Origin: Planktothrix sp. GU0601_MAG3
GTDB taxonomy: Bacteria > Cyanobacteriota > Cyanobacteriia > Cyanobacteriales > Microcoleaceae
Direction of reading: 5' to 3'
Length of the DNA: 64,000 nucleotides
Assembly: GCA_035193785.1 (NCBI GenBank)
Contig: CP136572.1
Coordinates: 3,476,578-3,540,577, forward strand
Part shown: positions 45,516 through 57,436 of the stretch, in pieces
How the letters are laid out: every line of letters starts with the position of its first letter
Numbering within the stretch: the stretch's first letter is position 1
Translations under genes and position numbers: made by a program
The notes under the pieces: model-generated
Seen by the model: only the letters and a program-made list of their open reading frames with translations
The model's database searches: none
What the model was told of the DNA's origin: nothing

Positions 45516-46603
45516 TTCAAAACTTCCTTAATAATTATTTCAATATGGGCTAAACGTTTTTTGACACTTTCTTTATTTCCTGTACTTCTATAAATTATAG
45601 CATCAAATTCACCGTTTTTTTTTCTATTCAAAAGATTATGATATAAATTATTTTTACGATCATCTAAAAATTGTATAGCATGATCATCTAATCGATCTAA
45701 GTTAACAGACCAAGCCTCAAATAGAGCTTTATTGATAGGATACCGTCTTTTACGCTCAGGTGACTTGGGTTTACGAAAAGCATCTTTACCGAATATTTTA
45801 AAAGCTGCATCCATCGCTCGTTCAAAACGCTGTCTTAATGATTCAATTTCTGGCTCACTCATTTGGTTTATCTGAGCCATTTTGTCATTTAAAAAAACAT
45901 CATAATCTTTAAAATTATATTCAAAAGCATGACTATCAGTTAAAGCTAAAAATCTCAAAATACACTCCTGAGCCAACATTCTTTCATCTTTTAAACTTTT
46001 ATCAGTAGCGTTTTTAAAAGGCTTTGATTTTGTTAGATATTTTAATAAATTTGTCGCTTGACCTTGATTTTTCGCATAACGTATTTCCTGTGATGATAAA
46101 GGAAGACCACCTAGATTAATTCGCTTATATAAGCTAAAAATAACATCTTTAGATGTTCCTCTTAAGATTAAAAATATAGTTAATTCTGTTTCTCTAATTC
46201 GTCGCCTTAAATAATTAGGAATATCAGAAGATTTGGCTCCATTAAGCTGTTCTAAAAATTCCAAATGTTTTAATTCTAAGGTTTCTTCTATTAAAAATTC
46301 TTTAAAAGTTGTTAACCGTTGTATTCCATCGATAACAAACCATTCTTCTTCATTTGTTGCATCAATATAGAAAGCTGGAATTGGAAAACGAATTAAAACA
46401 GATTCGATTAATCTACTTTTAGCTACTTGAGTCCAAATTCCTTTATTTCTTTGAAACTCTGGAGCTAAATTCAGTTGATTATTTTCCAATCTCGTTAGAA
46501 GTTGCTGAACCGTCATGGGTCTAGTTGAAACACTAATAGAATCAGGATCAAAAAACTCTGAAATTGTTAGTTCATCATTGTTAAATAACATAATAATAAA
46601 CAA
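45512..46603 (-). CDS. DUF262 (ParB-like) domain protein (NsnA-like)
   Basis: PEFQR, SRLIESVLIRFPIP, VIDGIQRLTT, RINLGGLPLSSQEIR. Confidence 0.85.
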   Translation of the reverse strand: MFIIMLFNNDELTISEFFDPDSISVSTRPMTVQQLLTRLENNQLNLAPEFQRNKGIWTQVAKSRLIESVLIRFPIPAFYIDATNEEEWFVIDGIQRLTTFKEFLIEETLELKHLEFLEQLNGAKSSDIPNYLRRRIRETELTIFLILRGTSKDVIFSLYKRINLGGLPLSSQEIRYAKNQGQATNLLKYLTKSKPFKNATDKSLKDERMLAQECILRFLALTDSHAFEYNFKDYDVFLNDKMAQINQMSEPEIESLRQRFERAMDAAFKIFGKDAFRKPKSPERKRRYPINKALFEAWSVNLDRLDDHAIQFLDDRKNNLYHNLLNRKKNGEFDAIIYRSTGNKESVKKRLAHIEIIIKEVLK

Positions 46604-46611
46604 AAATTAAA

Positions 46612-46836
46612 TTATAATAGATTCTTAAATTCGTCTTTTGTTAACTGACAATCACGCAAAATCTGAGAAAGCAATCCAGTTCCTATCGTTTCACCTGAGT
46701 GCACAGGTACAACAGTACGTCTACCATCAGGATGAATCATAATATAATGACTACCTTTCACCCTAGCAATAACAAAACCTATTTTTTGTAAAGCTTTTAT
46801 TACTTCACTTCCTGTCAAACTAGGTAGCTTACTCAT
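46612..46836 (-). CDS. hicA: HicA family toxin
   Basis: KGSH catalytic motif, VVPVH, GLLSQIL. Confidence 0.88.
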   Translation of the reverse strand: MSKLPSLTGSEVIKALQKIGFVIARVKGSHYIMIHPDGRRTVVPVHSGETIGTGLLSQILRDCQLTKDEFKNLL

Positions 46837-47049
46837 ACTTCCACCGAAACTTTTTGAATACCAATAAACTCTAATGATTCATTTTCAGAATTTTCAAACT
46901 CTAGGCAAAGTTCTATCGCCTCTTGAATCCGTTGCATAAGCTCATCAAGGGATTTCGCTTGTGTATGACAACCTTTTAAAGTAGGAAACTGAAGCCACAA
47001 AATAACCATCAGAATCTTTCTCAATCAGTACATTAAATTCTTTAATCAT
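46833..47049 (-). CDS. hicB: HicB family antitoxin (short; apparent frameshift at 46985-46989)
   Basis: MIKEFNVLIEKDSDGYFVASVPTLKGCHTQAKSLDELM...EAIELCLE after correction. Confidence 0.85.
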
Positions 47050-47064
47050 TTTCTAACCTCTAGT

Positions 47065-47100
47065 AAACCAAAATAGGAGCAAGTCTTACCTTGCCCCTAT
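47065..47100 (-). terminator. Terminator downstream of chlN
   Basis: ATAGGGGCAAG...CTTGCTCCTAT followed by TTTGGTTT on the minus strand. Confidence 0.6.
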
Positions 47101-47132
47101 AATCATAGATTGATTTCAGCTAATTTTGTTAA

Positions 47133-48551
<1,419 letters not shown>

Positions 48552-48739
48552 TTAATCGGATGTTTGTTAATCAAAATTTGACAGAATTTGTCCGCGACGT
48601 GAGCATCGCCCCTTCAGGGGTGGGAGTGTCAAAAGACTATCTATGACTTTGAATCGTGCAGATTCAAAGTCCAAACCCGATTAAGGATTAGGAAACTAAG
48701 TCGGGAAATTATTTAAAATCCGACAGGGAAATTTCATCA

Positions 48740-50432
48740 TCATCTGAAGAAACCGGTTAACCCTTCGATATCGATATCATCCATATCTCCCGTGGTTAAA
48801 TCCCCCATATCGTCGAGATTAAACTCCCCTAAATCATCATCTCCTAATCCCAAATCATCTAAATTCCCTCCAGTATCGAAACCTAAGCCATCGGAGGAAC
48901 TGTCTTCTAACTCGAAATCACCGAGATCATCATCCAGACCGGAATCCGTATCTCCTAATTCCAACCCTCCGATCTCGTCTGAACCGAGGTCGTCTGCTTC
49001 TAACCCAAAATCATCCATCCCCCCTAAACCGATGTCATCGGAGGAGTCTAAACCCAGATCGAGCTCATTAGTCGAATCATGATCTTCGCCCAGTTCGGTC
49101 TGAACCTCATCTCCCCAGATATCGGATTCGGTATTGATGTCCAATTCCGCCGATGCTGTTTCTGACTCTAGCCCAAAATCCAGATCATCGGATTCGAGTT
49201 CGTCGGATTCCAAGCTCATATCCAAATCATCGGATTCCAGTTCGTCGGATTCCAAACCCATATCCAAATCATCGGATTCGAGTTCGTCGGATTCCAAACC
49301 CATATCCAAATCATCGGATTCGAGTTCGTCGGATTCCAAACTCATATCCAAATCATCGGATTCCAGTTCGTCGGATTCCAAACTCATATCCAAATCATCG
49401 GATTCCAGTTCATCGGACTCCAAACCCATATCCAAATCATCGGATTCCAGTTCATCGGACTCCAAACCCATATCCAAATCATCGGATTCCAGTTCATCGG
49501 ATTCCAAACCCATATCCAAATCATCGGATTCCAGTTCATCGGATTCCAAACCCATATCCAAATCATCGGATTCGAGTTCATCGGATTCCAAGCTCATATC
49601 CAAATCATCGGATTCGAGTTCATCGGATTCGAGTTCATCGGATTCCAAACCCATATCCAAATCATCGGATTCCAGTTCGTCGGACTCAAAGCCCATGTCT
49701 AGGTCATCAGTCCCCAGAGATTCCGATTCATCCTCCAACTCCAGATCAAAGTCTTCCTGGGCTGCGGTAGTGGCCTCTGTGTCGATATCTAAATCCAGAT
49801 CCTCACCGATATCCGTATCCAGATCCCCCATGCCCAAATCATCATCAGTGGTGATTTCTTCTTCTTCGAGATCGAGACCGAATTCATCCTGGGTTTCCTC
49901 CATCACCGCAGCCCCACCCACAACCGCAGCCACCCCCGCAGCGACGGCCACAGCACCCGCAACATGGAGTTTTTGTGCCGGGGTGATGTCCCCATCTAAA
50001 CCCCCCATTTCTGGAGGTGCCGGAGGATGATATCCAGGGACAGCCTGAGCTACGGAAGTAGGTATTTCTGGTGAGGGGGAGTAACCCGGGGCAACGGGAA
50101 CAGAAGTTGGGGCTTGAAACCACAACGGTTGCAGGCTGTTCTGATGTAGACCTAACCCCCAACGCCAAATCCGGGTCAAAATGTAGCCCCAACACCTCAA
50201 TCAGTTTTTCGGGATCGGGATTCAGCTTGGAAAAGGGCAACATCAGTTGGGCTGCCTCGGGGTCAAGGGCGTTGATCGTTCCCAAAATGAGGGATGAGGC
50301 AGGTCTTCGACCTCCATCTGGGGTCGGTATTGAATTCAAATCCATTTGCAGTACCAGCCATTCCCGATTGGCTTGGTAATATTGCAACCACTTATCTTTA
50401 AGTGCGGTGGAAAAGTCTTTGAAGAAAGCCAT
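48740..50432 (-). CDS. DUF5331 protein with a very long acidic repeat tail (apparent frameshift at 50116-50120)
   Basis: LKDKWLQYYQANREWL...RRPASSLILG...LGLHFDP N-domain in the usual chlL-chlN intergenic position; ESDELESDDLDMGL repeats. Confidence 0.8.
49170..49700. repeat. 42-bp coding tandem repeat (~12 copies)
   Basis: TCCAAATCATCGGATTCCAGTTCATCGGATTCCAAACCCATA units. Confidence 0.9.
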
Positions 50433-50468
50433 AACCTCTATATCCTCATCCTGAGATAGCTAGACATA

Positions 50469-51335
50469 TTAAACCATCATCAGGTCTAGCTCTGGATCGT
50501 GACTTTGAACAAGGGGTTGAATCGGATTCAGATAAAAATCTGATAACAACGAGAATAATTCCCGATCTGGGGTATCTTGGGGGACGACCCCTTCGGGTTG
50601 GGATAATAGTTGGTCGGCAATATTTAGGTAGTAGTCACAGACATAGTTGAGGGAGGGATCGGTTTCGGCCATCTCAAATAGGGTTTTTCCTTTCACCCGA
50701 GATACCCGAATATCTTCGATTAATGGCAACACTTCTAACACGGGCATGGGAACGGTTTCAATATATTTTTCAATCAAATCCCGTTTGGAGGTGCGGTTGC
50801 CAATTAAACCCGCTAACCGTAGGGGGTGAGTCCGGGCTTTTTCGCGTACCGAAGCGGCGATGCGGTTGGCTGCAAATAGGGCATCAAAACCGTTATCGGT
50901 AACAATTACGCAATAGTCGGCATAGTTGAGGGGGGCGGCAAAACCACCGCAAACCACGTCCCCTAAGACATCAAACAGGATGATATCGTATTCGTCAAAG
51001 GCGTTGAGTTCTTTCAGGAGTTTGACGGTTTCTCCCACCACATAACCGCCACATCCTGCACCCGCCGGAGGGCCCCCCGCTTCGACGCAATCAACCCCGG
51101 CATAGCCTTTATAAATGACATCTTCTGGCCAAATATCTTCGTAATGAAAGTCTTTTTCCTGCAAGGTATCAATAATCGTGGGAATTAAAAACCCGGTGAG
51201 GGTAAAGGTGCTGTCATGTTTGGGATCACAGCCAATTTGCAGGACTTTTTTACCCCGTTTGGCTAAAGCGGCAGAAATATTACAGCTTGTGGTTGATTTA
51301 CCGATTCCGCCTTTACCGTAGACTGCTAATTTCAC
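50469..51335 (-). CDS. chlL: Light-independent protochlorophyllide reductase iron-sulfur ATP-binding subunit L
   Basis: [36 protein letters not shown]. Confidence 0.97.
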   Translation of the reverse strand: MKLAVYGKGGIGKSTTSCNISAALAKRGKKVLQIGCDPKHDSTFTLTGFLIPTIIDTLQEKDFHYEDIWPEDVIYKGYAGVDCVEAGGPPAGAGCGGYVVGETVKLLKELNAFDEYDIILFDVLGDVVCGGFAAPLNYADYCVIVTDNGFDALFAANRIAASVREKARTHPLRLAGLIGNRTSKRDLIEKYIETVPMPVLEVLPLIEDIRVSRVKGKTLFEMAETDPSLNYVCDYYLNIADQLLSQPEGVVPQDTPDRELFSLLSDFYLNPIQPLVQSHDPELDLMMV

Positions 51336-51383
51336 GATTTTTTCTCCTTGTCGGTTTTGATTAAAAACTGTTGACTGTTGGCC

Positions 51384-51553
51384 GTTAACGGGCGGGTTTA
51401 CCTGGTTTGGGGTTAATCAGCAAAGATGGACTGGCTGTTAACGGGCGGGTTTACCTGGTTTGGGGTTAATCGGCAAAAATGGACTGGCTGTTAACGGGCG
51501 GGTTTACCTGGTTTGGGGTTAATCGGCAAAAATGGAGTTGAACCCGCCCCTAC
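51384..51553. repeat. Three 53-bp tandem copies of a REP-element left half, closed by AACCCGCCCCTAC
   Basis: GTTAACGGGCGGGTTTACCTGGTTTGGGGTTAATC units start at 51384, 51437 and 51490. Confidence 0.85.
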
Positions 51554-52187
51554 TGCTATGGCAGTGCTTTTCTTGATTCGATACAGCCATTATTGTCTAA
51601 CTGCCCCAGAAAGGAAAGGGGTGATTTTAATGGATATAGCTATAAATTCAAGATTTATTGCTTATTAATAGTTAATTTCGATTATATCAAATCAGAATCA
51701 ATTTTAAGCGTCAAAATAAAATATTATTGTTTTTTACAATACTTTTTATATAAAAATAGTTACAATAAGCAAAAAATAAAAAATAGATGGAATTCAAATG
51801 TCCAAAAATTACCATCATTATTACCCCCAATCGGGCATCAGTCATCAGTTAAAGAGTGATCATTGACTCCGGCATCCCATCGTAATTCAGGAATTTTTGG
51901 CCAAGGGGACTAGGCAATTTTACTGATTATTTACCCTAAAAATTCCTGGATCAAAACTAACCCGGTTAAATGTTAATTTTTGCAAAATTTCAGATCAAAA
52001 TTAAGAAACTGGGTTTTTGGGGCGTATCTCAAGGGAATAGGCAATAGGGAATAGGCAATAGTTGTCGCTTATGTTCCAGCTATTTCCGGTTGTCATGCTT
52101 GGGGAAAAAGTTCAGAAGCGGCTTAATCAAAATTCGTCTTTTAACGCATAAATGATAAATGATCACTCTTTCACTGATATATAACTG

Positions 52188-52215
52188 GTAGAGACGTGCC
52201 ATGGCGCGTCTCTAC
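52188..52215. repeat. REP-like palindrome GTAGAGACG...CGTCTCTAC (second copy at 61504-61531)
   Basis: Two near-identical 28-bp palindromes. Confidence 0.75.
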
Positions 52216-52227
52216 ACTGATAACTGA

Positions 52228-54220
52228 TTAAGGTGTATAAGTCACGCTAAAATAAATCCCATCATCTTGAATATTATTACCCCGATCGCTAATACTAATT
52301 AAGGGAATCCCATAGTCTAGGCGAAGATTTAAGCCGTTAACAGGTTGCCAAATTAATCCTAGTCCTGCACCTGCTAAAAAGGTTTTGCCGATAATTTGGT
52401 TAGGGTTGCGGTCATGGTTCCACACCCCACCAAAATCGAGAAAGGGAGCGAGTTGAAACACAGGTTCGGAGTCTTGATTGCGATCGAGGGTAATCCGATC
52501 TTCAAAGGAAATCCGAAAGCCATTATCCCCGGCCCGCACGTTTTGACGATAACCACGGAGGGAGAGGGCGCCACCTATGACAAATTGTTGTGAGGGAAAT
52601 AGGGGGTCGGCTGATAGTTGAATATCTCCTTGGGCAATCAGTAGGTTATTTTCCCCTAAACGTTGTACCCGTTGAACTTGACCTAACCAACTTAAAAACG
52701 CTGCATTGGGGGTACTGACGTCCGTGGCGCCGAGGATATCTAAACCCAGACTAAATTGCGATCGCAAAGCCCAAGCCCCTCCCGTATCTCGAATCAGATA
52801 ATCCTGTCCAAATTTCAGCACACTGGTGCGGGTGTACCCGTTACTATCAGGGCCGGAGGCAAAGGGTTCTCCGTTATTATCTAAAAGAGTTTGACTATCT
52901 TGGTAAGCAAAGCCAAAGGATAGGGCAAATTCCGAGATTGGGTTTCGGATCAGTGGCTGACGATAACTAATTTCGTAACGTTGGGATTTCCCTTCAATAT
53001 TCAGGGCGTTGAATGGCTCTTGAGTAATCCGATTTTGGTAAGGTTGAACTCTCAGTTGTATGGTTCCGTTCATGGGGTTAATCGGAATACTATACAAAGC
53101 GTCGATAATATCTGAATCCCCATTGGCAATCAGGCGAGTAGTATTATAAGACAGTCCCAGGAAGTCCCCGCGACCCGTGAGGTTCAGATGACGCACACTA
53201 ATCCCCATGCGTTCAGAAACCGATGCTGGGGGGCGAATAGTTATCCACATTCAAACTAACCCCAAAGGGGGGTGCTTCTACGACCCGCACAATTAAAATA
53301 CTCTGACCTTCTTGGGTTCCCGCCCTTAAACTGGCTTCTACGGTTTCAAAGATGGGGTTAATTCTTAATAGTCGCAATTGGTCTTCTAGGGCGGCCGTAC
53401 TGAGGGGTTTAGCGGCTCCTAAACGAATCCTTCGGGTGATATAGGAGGGATGGAGGCGTTTGATTCCTTCCACCTCGATATTTTCTAGGGTTCCTTCAAT
53501 TACCTGAATCTCGACAATGCCATTATTAATGGTTTGTTCAGGAACAATGGCTCTGGAGGTAATGTAACCCCGTTCTAAATAAATAGCTGTAATTTTATCG
53601 GCTAGTTCTCGGAGTAGTGCGAGGGTAACGGAGCGATTTTCTAGGGGTTTAACTAAGGTTTGAATTTCCTCTGAAGTGAGAATAGTGCTACCCGTTACCT
53701 TAATCCGTTGAACCGGAATCGGGGTTTCATCCGTTGATGGGGTAGGGGCGGGGGTCGGGGTGGGGGTTAATTCAGGAGTGGGCGGGGGTTCGGGTTTCGG
53801 GGGAATCGGAGGTCGGGGTAAAAAGCGATCTCTGTTGGGATCGGGTTGGGGCACCTGGGGGGGAATATTAATCGGTGCGGCTTGTGCTAAAGTGGGACAA
53901 TTCACAAAATCACAGGACTCTCCCGAAACCGCTTGTCTGGGGAAATCCGCCAAGTTCAGGGTTTGTAGGGGAGGAATTGGGGGAATGTCAGCGAGTTCCG
54001 AGGGTGTTATGGCGGTCGGGGAAAGGAATGGGATTGATTTGACCACTGGAACCTGCTGATCGGGGGTCAGGGGTTCGAGGGTTTCCGTTCCAGGGGAGAT
54101 GAGGGTTGGAGATTCTTGAGAAAGACCTTGACGAGAAAACAGGGATACAACCAGCAATAGGGTACTGGTAAATATCACACCACCGTGACAAAATTTTGTA
54201 AAATTTTCACTCCTACCCAT
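52228..54220 (-). CDS. ShlB/FhaC/HecB (TpsB) outer-membrane protein (apparent frameshift at 53216-53220)
   Basis: POTRA (ITAIYLERGYITSRA), LRGY, LDYGIPL, C-terminal GIYFSVTY. Confidence 0.88.
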
Positions 54221-54318
54221 AGAATGTCTATTTTTCCATCAGTTATCATTCAACAGTAATCAGTAATCAGTAATCAGTCAATTTTGACATCCGCCCCGAC
54301 GTGAACGCACGGGGATTA

Positions 54319-55206
54319 CTAATTGGTTTGAATTTTCAGAATAGGAGCATCAAGGATAGATTGAGCTTTTTCTTTTTCAATCTGATTTGGTTTTTGGGCT
54401 GGATCAAAGCCAATAGATTTTAATAGATCTTCCCACTTGTTTTCAAGGGATGAATTTCCAGAATCCTGCAATTTTAAGGTCGCCAAAGTTGATAGTGTTT
54501 CATACCAAAGTCCCTGTTTGGCATATATGTTTAAACGTTCTAGGGGATCTTGAGTTTGTCCTAATTGAAGTTTTTGATTAGGATTTAAAGCAACGGAATT
54601 AATCCAACCACTAACGAGAATATCATTAGAAGCATCACTACTGTTACATTTAAGTACCATATACCAACGATAATTTTTATCGTTTTGTAAAGTTACGGAT
54701 TTGGAGTTCTCAGGCCACTGAATTCCTACTATTCCAGGGCGATCGGTGCTCAGGGGAAATGTGGTTTTGTAAAGGGTTTTATCTGCTTCATCCGCAATCT
54801 CAAATTCTAATATCTTTTGCTCGACTATCCCTGGAATATAAAGAAAAAATGCGGGTTGACCGGATGCGGTGCGACCCATTGTAGACTCGGGAATTAACGC
54901 AGTCATCGAACTGGGACAACCAATGCCCCGAGTTCCGCCCCCTTCTCGACGCCCGGGTACTCCCCGTTCGGGTGGTGTAAAGGCATTCCAGTTGGTGAAC
55001 GGTGAATCACTGCTTGCGCCCGGTTGTTCAGGTTGCTGAACCCGTTCCCCATTGCCAAAATTAACCCGATTCTGTTCACCTCCCCGATTTTGAGGTAAGG
55101 AGGCTGAATGGGCAGCAGTCACAATTAAACTATTAGCAACCACGATTTGTAACAATAACGTTAGTCCAAGGGTTGCACGATGGAGGGAAAACATTGGCAT
55201 AGCCAT
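54319..55206 (-). CDS. DUF928 domain protein
   Basis: PGRREGGGTRG, ALIP, P.FFLYIP, YRWY, YAKQGLWYETL. Confidence 0.85.
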   Translation of the reverse strand: MAMPMFSLHRATLGLTLLLQIVVANSLIVTAAHSASLPQNRGGEQNRVNFGNGERVQQPEQPGASSDSPFTNWNAFTPPERGVPGRREGGGTRGIGCPSSMTALIPESTMGRTASGQPAFFLYIPGIVEQKILEFEIADEADKTLYKTTFPLSTDRPGIVGIQWPENSKSVTLQNDKNYRWYMVLKCNSSDASNDILVSGWINSVALNPNQKLQLGQTQDPLERLNIYAKQGLWYETLSTLATLKLQDSGNSSLENKWEDLLKSIGFDPAQKPNQIEKEKAQSILDAPILKIQTN

Positions 55207-55414
55207 AATTAATCACGCTTACCGATGGGCATAGATAGTAGCATTTATTGACATCACTATTGTATCTAATGTTCCTGCAAAATTTGTCAAAATCTGTGCT
55301 TAATCTTAAATGTTTGAGTCTAAATCAGATTTTAGGAAAATTTAGGCATTGTCGTCTATCTTAAGTCTGAACGTTGGCATCATTCGATCAATAAATATCC
55401 TGGTTTCATCTATA

Positions 55415-57119
55415 ATGACAATTTCTATGAATTTTAACTCATTGACTGTTGGGAAAAATAGCCATTTTAAACCTCGGACAATTCGACCCATTGGGGTTTC
55501 GGCTTTATATGGCTTAACGGGGTTAGGAAATACCCTATTGGCGATTGATACCTCCCGGGGATTTTTATTGCAAATTGACCCTAAAACCGATAATGCAACG
55601 GTGGTTAATCCTGATTTAACTTTAGCTTTTAGAGATGTGACGGGTTTGGCAATTTGGGAGGATAATCTTTGGTTTACTCGCGGAAATGAAGTCTATTTTT
55701 GTCCCCGGGTTGTTCAGGGTAATTCTATTATTAATCTGGAACCTCAATTGTTCATGCAGTTACCGGATGCGGCTACTGGAATTGCGGTTTATGAATCAAC
55801 TCTTTACTTTGCTTGCGATCGCACTGCTTCTATCCTAGTTTATAGTCAAAATACCAAACAAGAAATTACCCGCTTTTCCGCCCCGGGGATTGGGTTAGAA
55901 AACCTCACGATTAGAAATGAAGAATTATGGGTTTGCGATCGAGAAGAACAGACGGTTTATTGTTTAGAAAGAGCCACGGGAGAAACTCGTTTTAGTGTGT
56001 TAACTCCCTTTGAATCTCCCAGTGGTTTAACGTTTTATACTGACCCAGAAACGGCGGAAGAAGTTCTCTATGTAGCCTATGCAGGTAGTGAACTTTATAT
56101 CCGAGATAATCCCAGTTCCTATGAGCAATTTGAATTGGCAAAACGCAATCGTACGTTTATCCATCCCCTCTCTTTTCATTTTAATTCCCAAGAAAAATAT
56201 GCTACATCTAATGGCTATTTGATCGAGATGTCCTATGTGGAGGAGTTGGAACCCTTAGATGCGGTTCATATTGAAAATTTAGAATGGCGAATTGCCTTAC
56301 CTTCTAATACAAATCGCCAGAAAGTTTTAGAAGTTTCTGCCATTGGAATTCCTTTTCGAGAGGAATTTGAAGATGGGGAAAAAGTTGCAGTATTTCAATT
56401 TAATCCTTTAACTTCAACGGAACGTTTAATTTTTGGTTGGAAAGCCTTATTAGAAGTTCGGAGTATTAAATATCAAATCCATCCCCGTCAGGTGGAAAAT
56501 TTACCCAAACTTTCCTCGGATTTTCCCGAAAAATATTTTGTAGATGATGATCATTTAGCAATGGATACGGCGGTTGTCCAAGCAGCAGCTAAGGAAGCAA
56601 TTCGCAATGAAACCAATTTTCTGCGAAAACTTTTAGGTATTCGTAATTATGTTTATGATCAGTTATCCTATAGTCTGACTTCTAAGATTGAAAATCCCGA
56701 TGTAGTTTTGCAGCGAGGTATCGGTTTCCTGTGGTGAATATGTTGGGGTTTTATTAGCTTTAGCCCGATTAAATGGCATCGCCTGTCGAACAATTGGACG
56801 TTATAAATGCCCGCAATTTGCTGACCGTCGAGGAGTGCCTTTAGAACCGGAATATAATCATGTTTGGTTAGAATTTTATATCCCCGGTTTCGGTTGGGTT
56901 CCCATGGAATCTAACCCCGATGATATTCAAGAAGGCGGGCCCTATCCCCTACGATTTTTTATGGGATTAGCTTGGTATCATATTGAAATTGGCAAGGGTA
57001 TTCGTTTTCAACGGTTGACCACTGAAGGGGTTGATGTTGACCGCGAAAAAGTCTCTCTGGGAACCTTAGCCATTAATCATGTTCGGTTTACCATTTTAGA
57101 TGAGTTACCTGCGGTTTAA
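55415..57119 (+). CDS. Beta-propeller plus transglutaminase-like domain protein (apparent frameshift at 56724-56728)
   Basis: GSCGEY catalytic Cys restored by GTTTC to GTTC; NHVWLEFYIPGFGWVPME. Confidence 0.85.
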
Positions 57120-57250
57120 ACCTTAGAAACCTGGTTGATGGATTGATACTTTTGCCAAATTGTTGTAGGGTGAGTGATGATTAATAAATTGATTTCACCC
57201 GCCCTACCGTTTGAATTAAAATAGATAAAAACTGGATTTTTTATTGACCT

Positions 57251-57400
57251 ATGGAAGTTTTACAAGAGTTAACCCTGGTTGAGATTTTGGTATTGCTGGC
57301 TTTTTCTATGTTGATCATTTTTACCGGAGGTGTTCTATATTTAACGGTGGCAGAATGGCGCGATCGCCGACGTCGAGAAGATGAAAAACGCCAACGGTAA
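57251..57400 (+). CDS. 49-aa single-TM protein; absent from the ORF track
   Basis: MEVLQELTLVEILVLLAFSMLIIFTGGVLYLTVAEWRDRRRREDEKRQR. Confidence 0.7.
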   Translation: MEVLQELTLVEILVLLAFSMLIIFTGGVLYLTVAEWRDRRRREDEKRQR

Positions 57401-57436
57401 ATAATGGGTAATGGGTAATGGGTAATGGGTAATGGG

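Noticed and set aside
49134..50030. 298-aa Ser-rich and 205-aa ORFs on the + strand
   Set aside because: Antisense shadows of the acidic 42-bp coding repeat.
51593..51859. 88-aa AT-rich ORF
   Set aside because: TTG start, no RBS, no recognisable motif; lies in the chlL promoter region.
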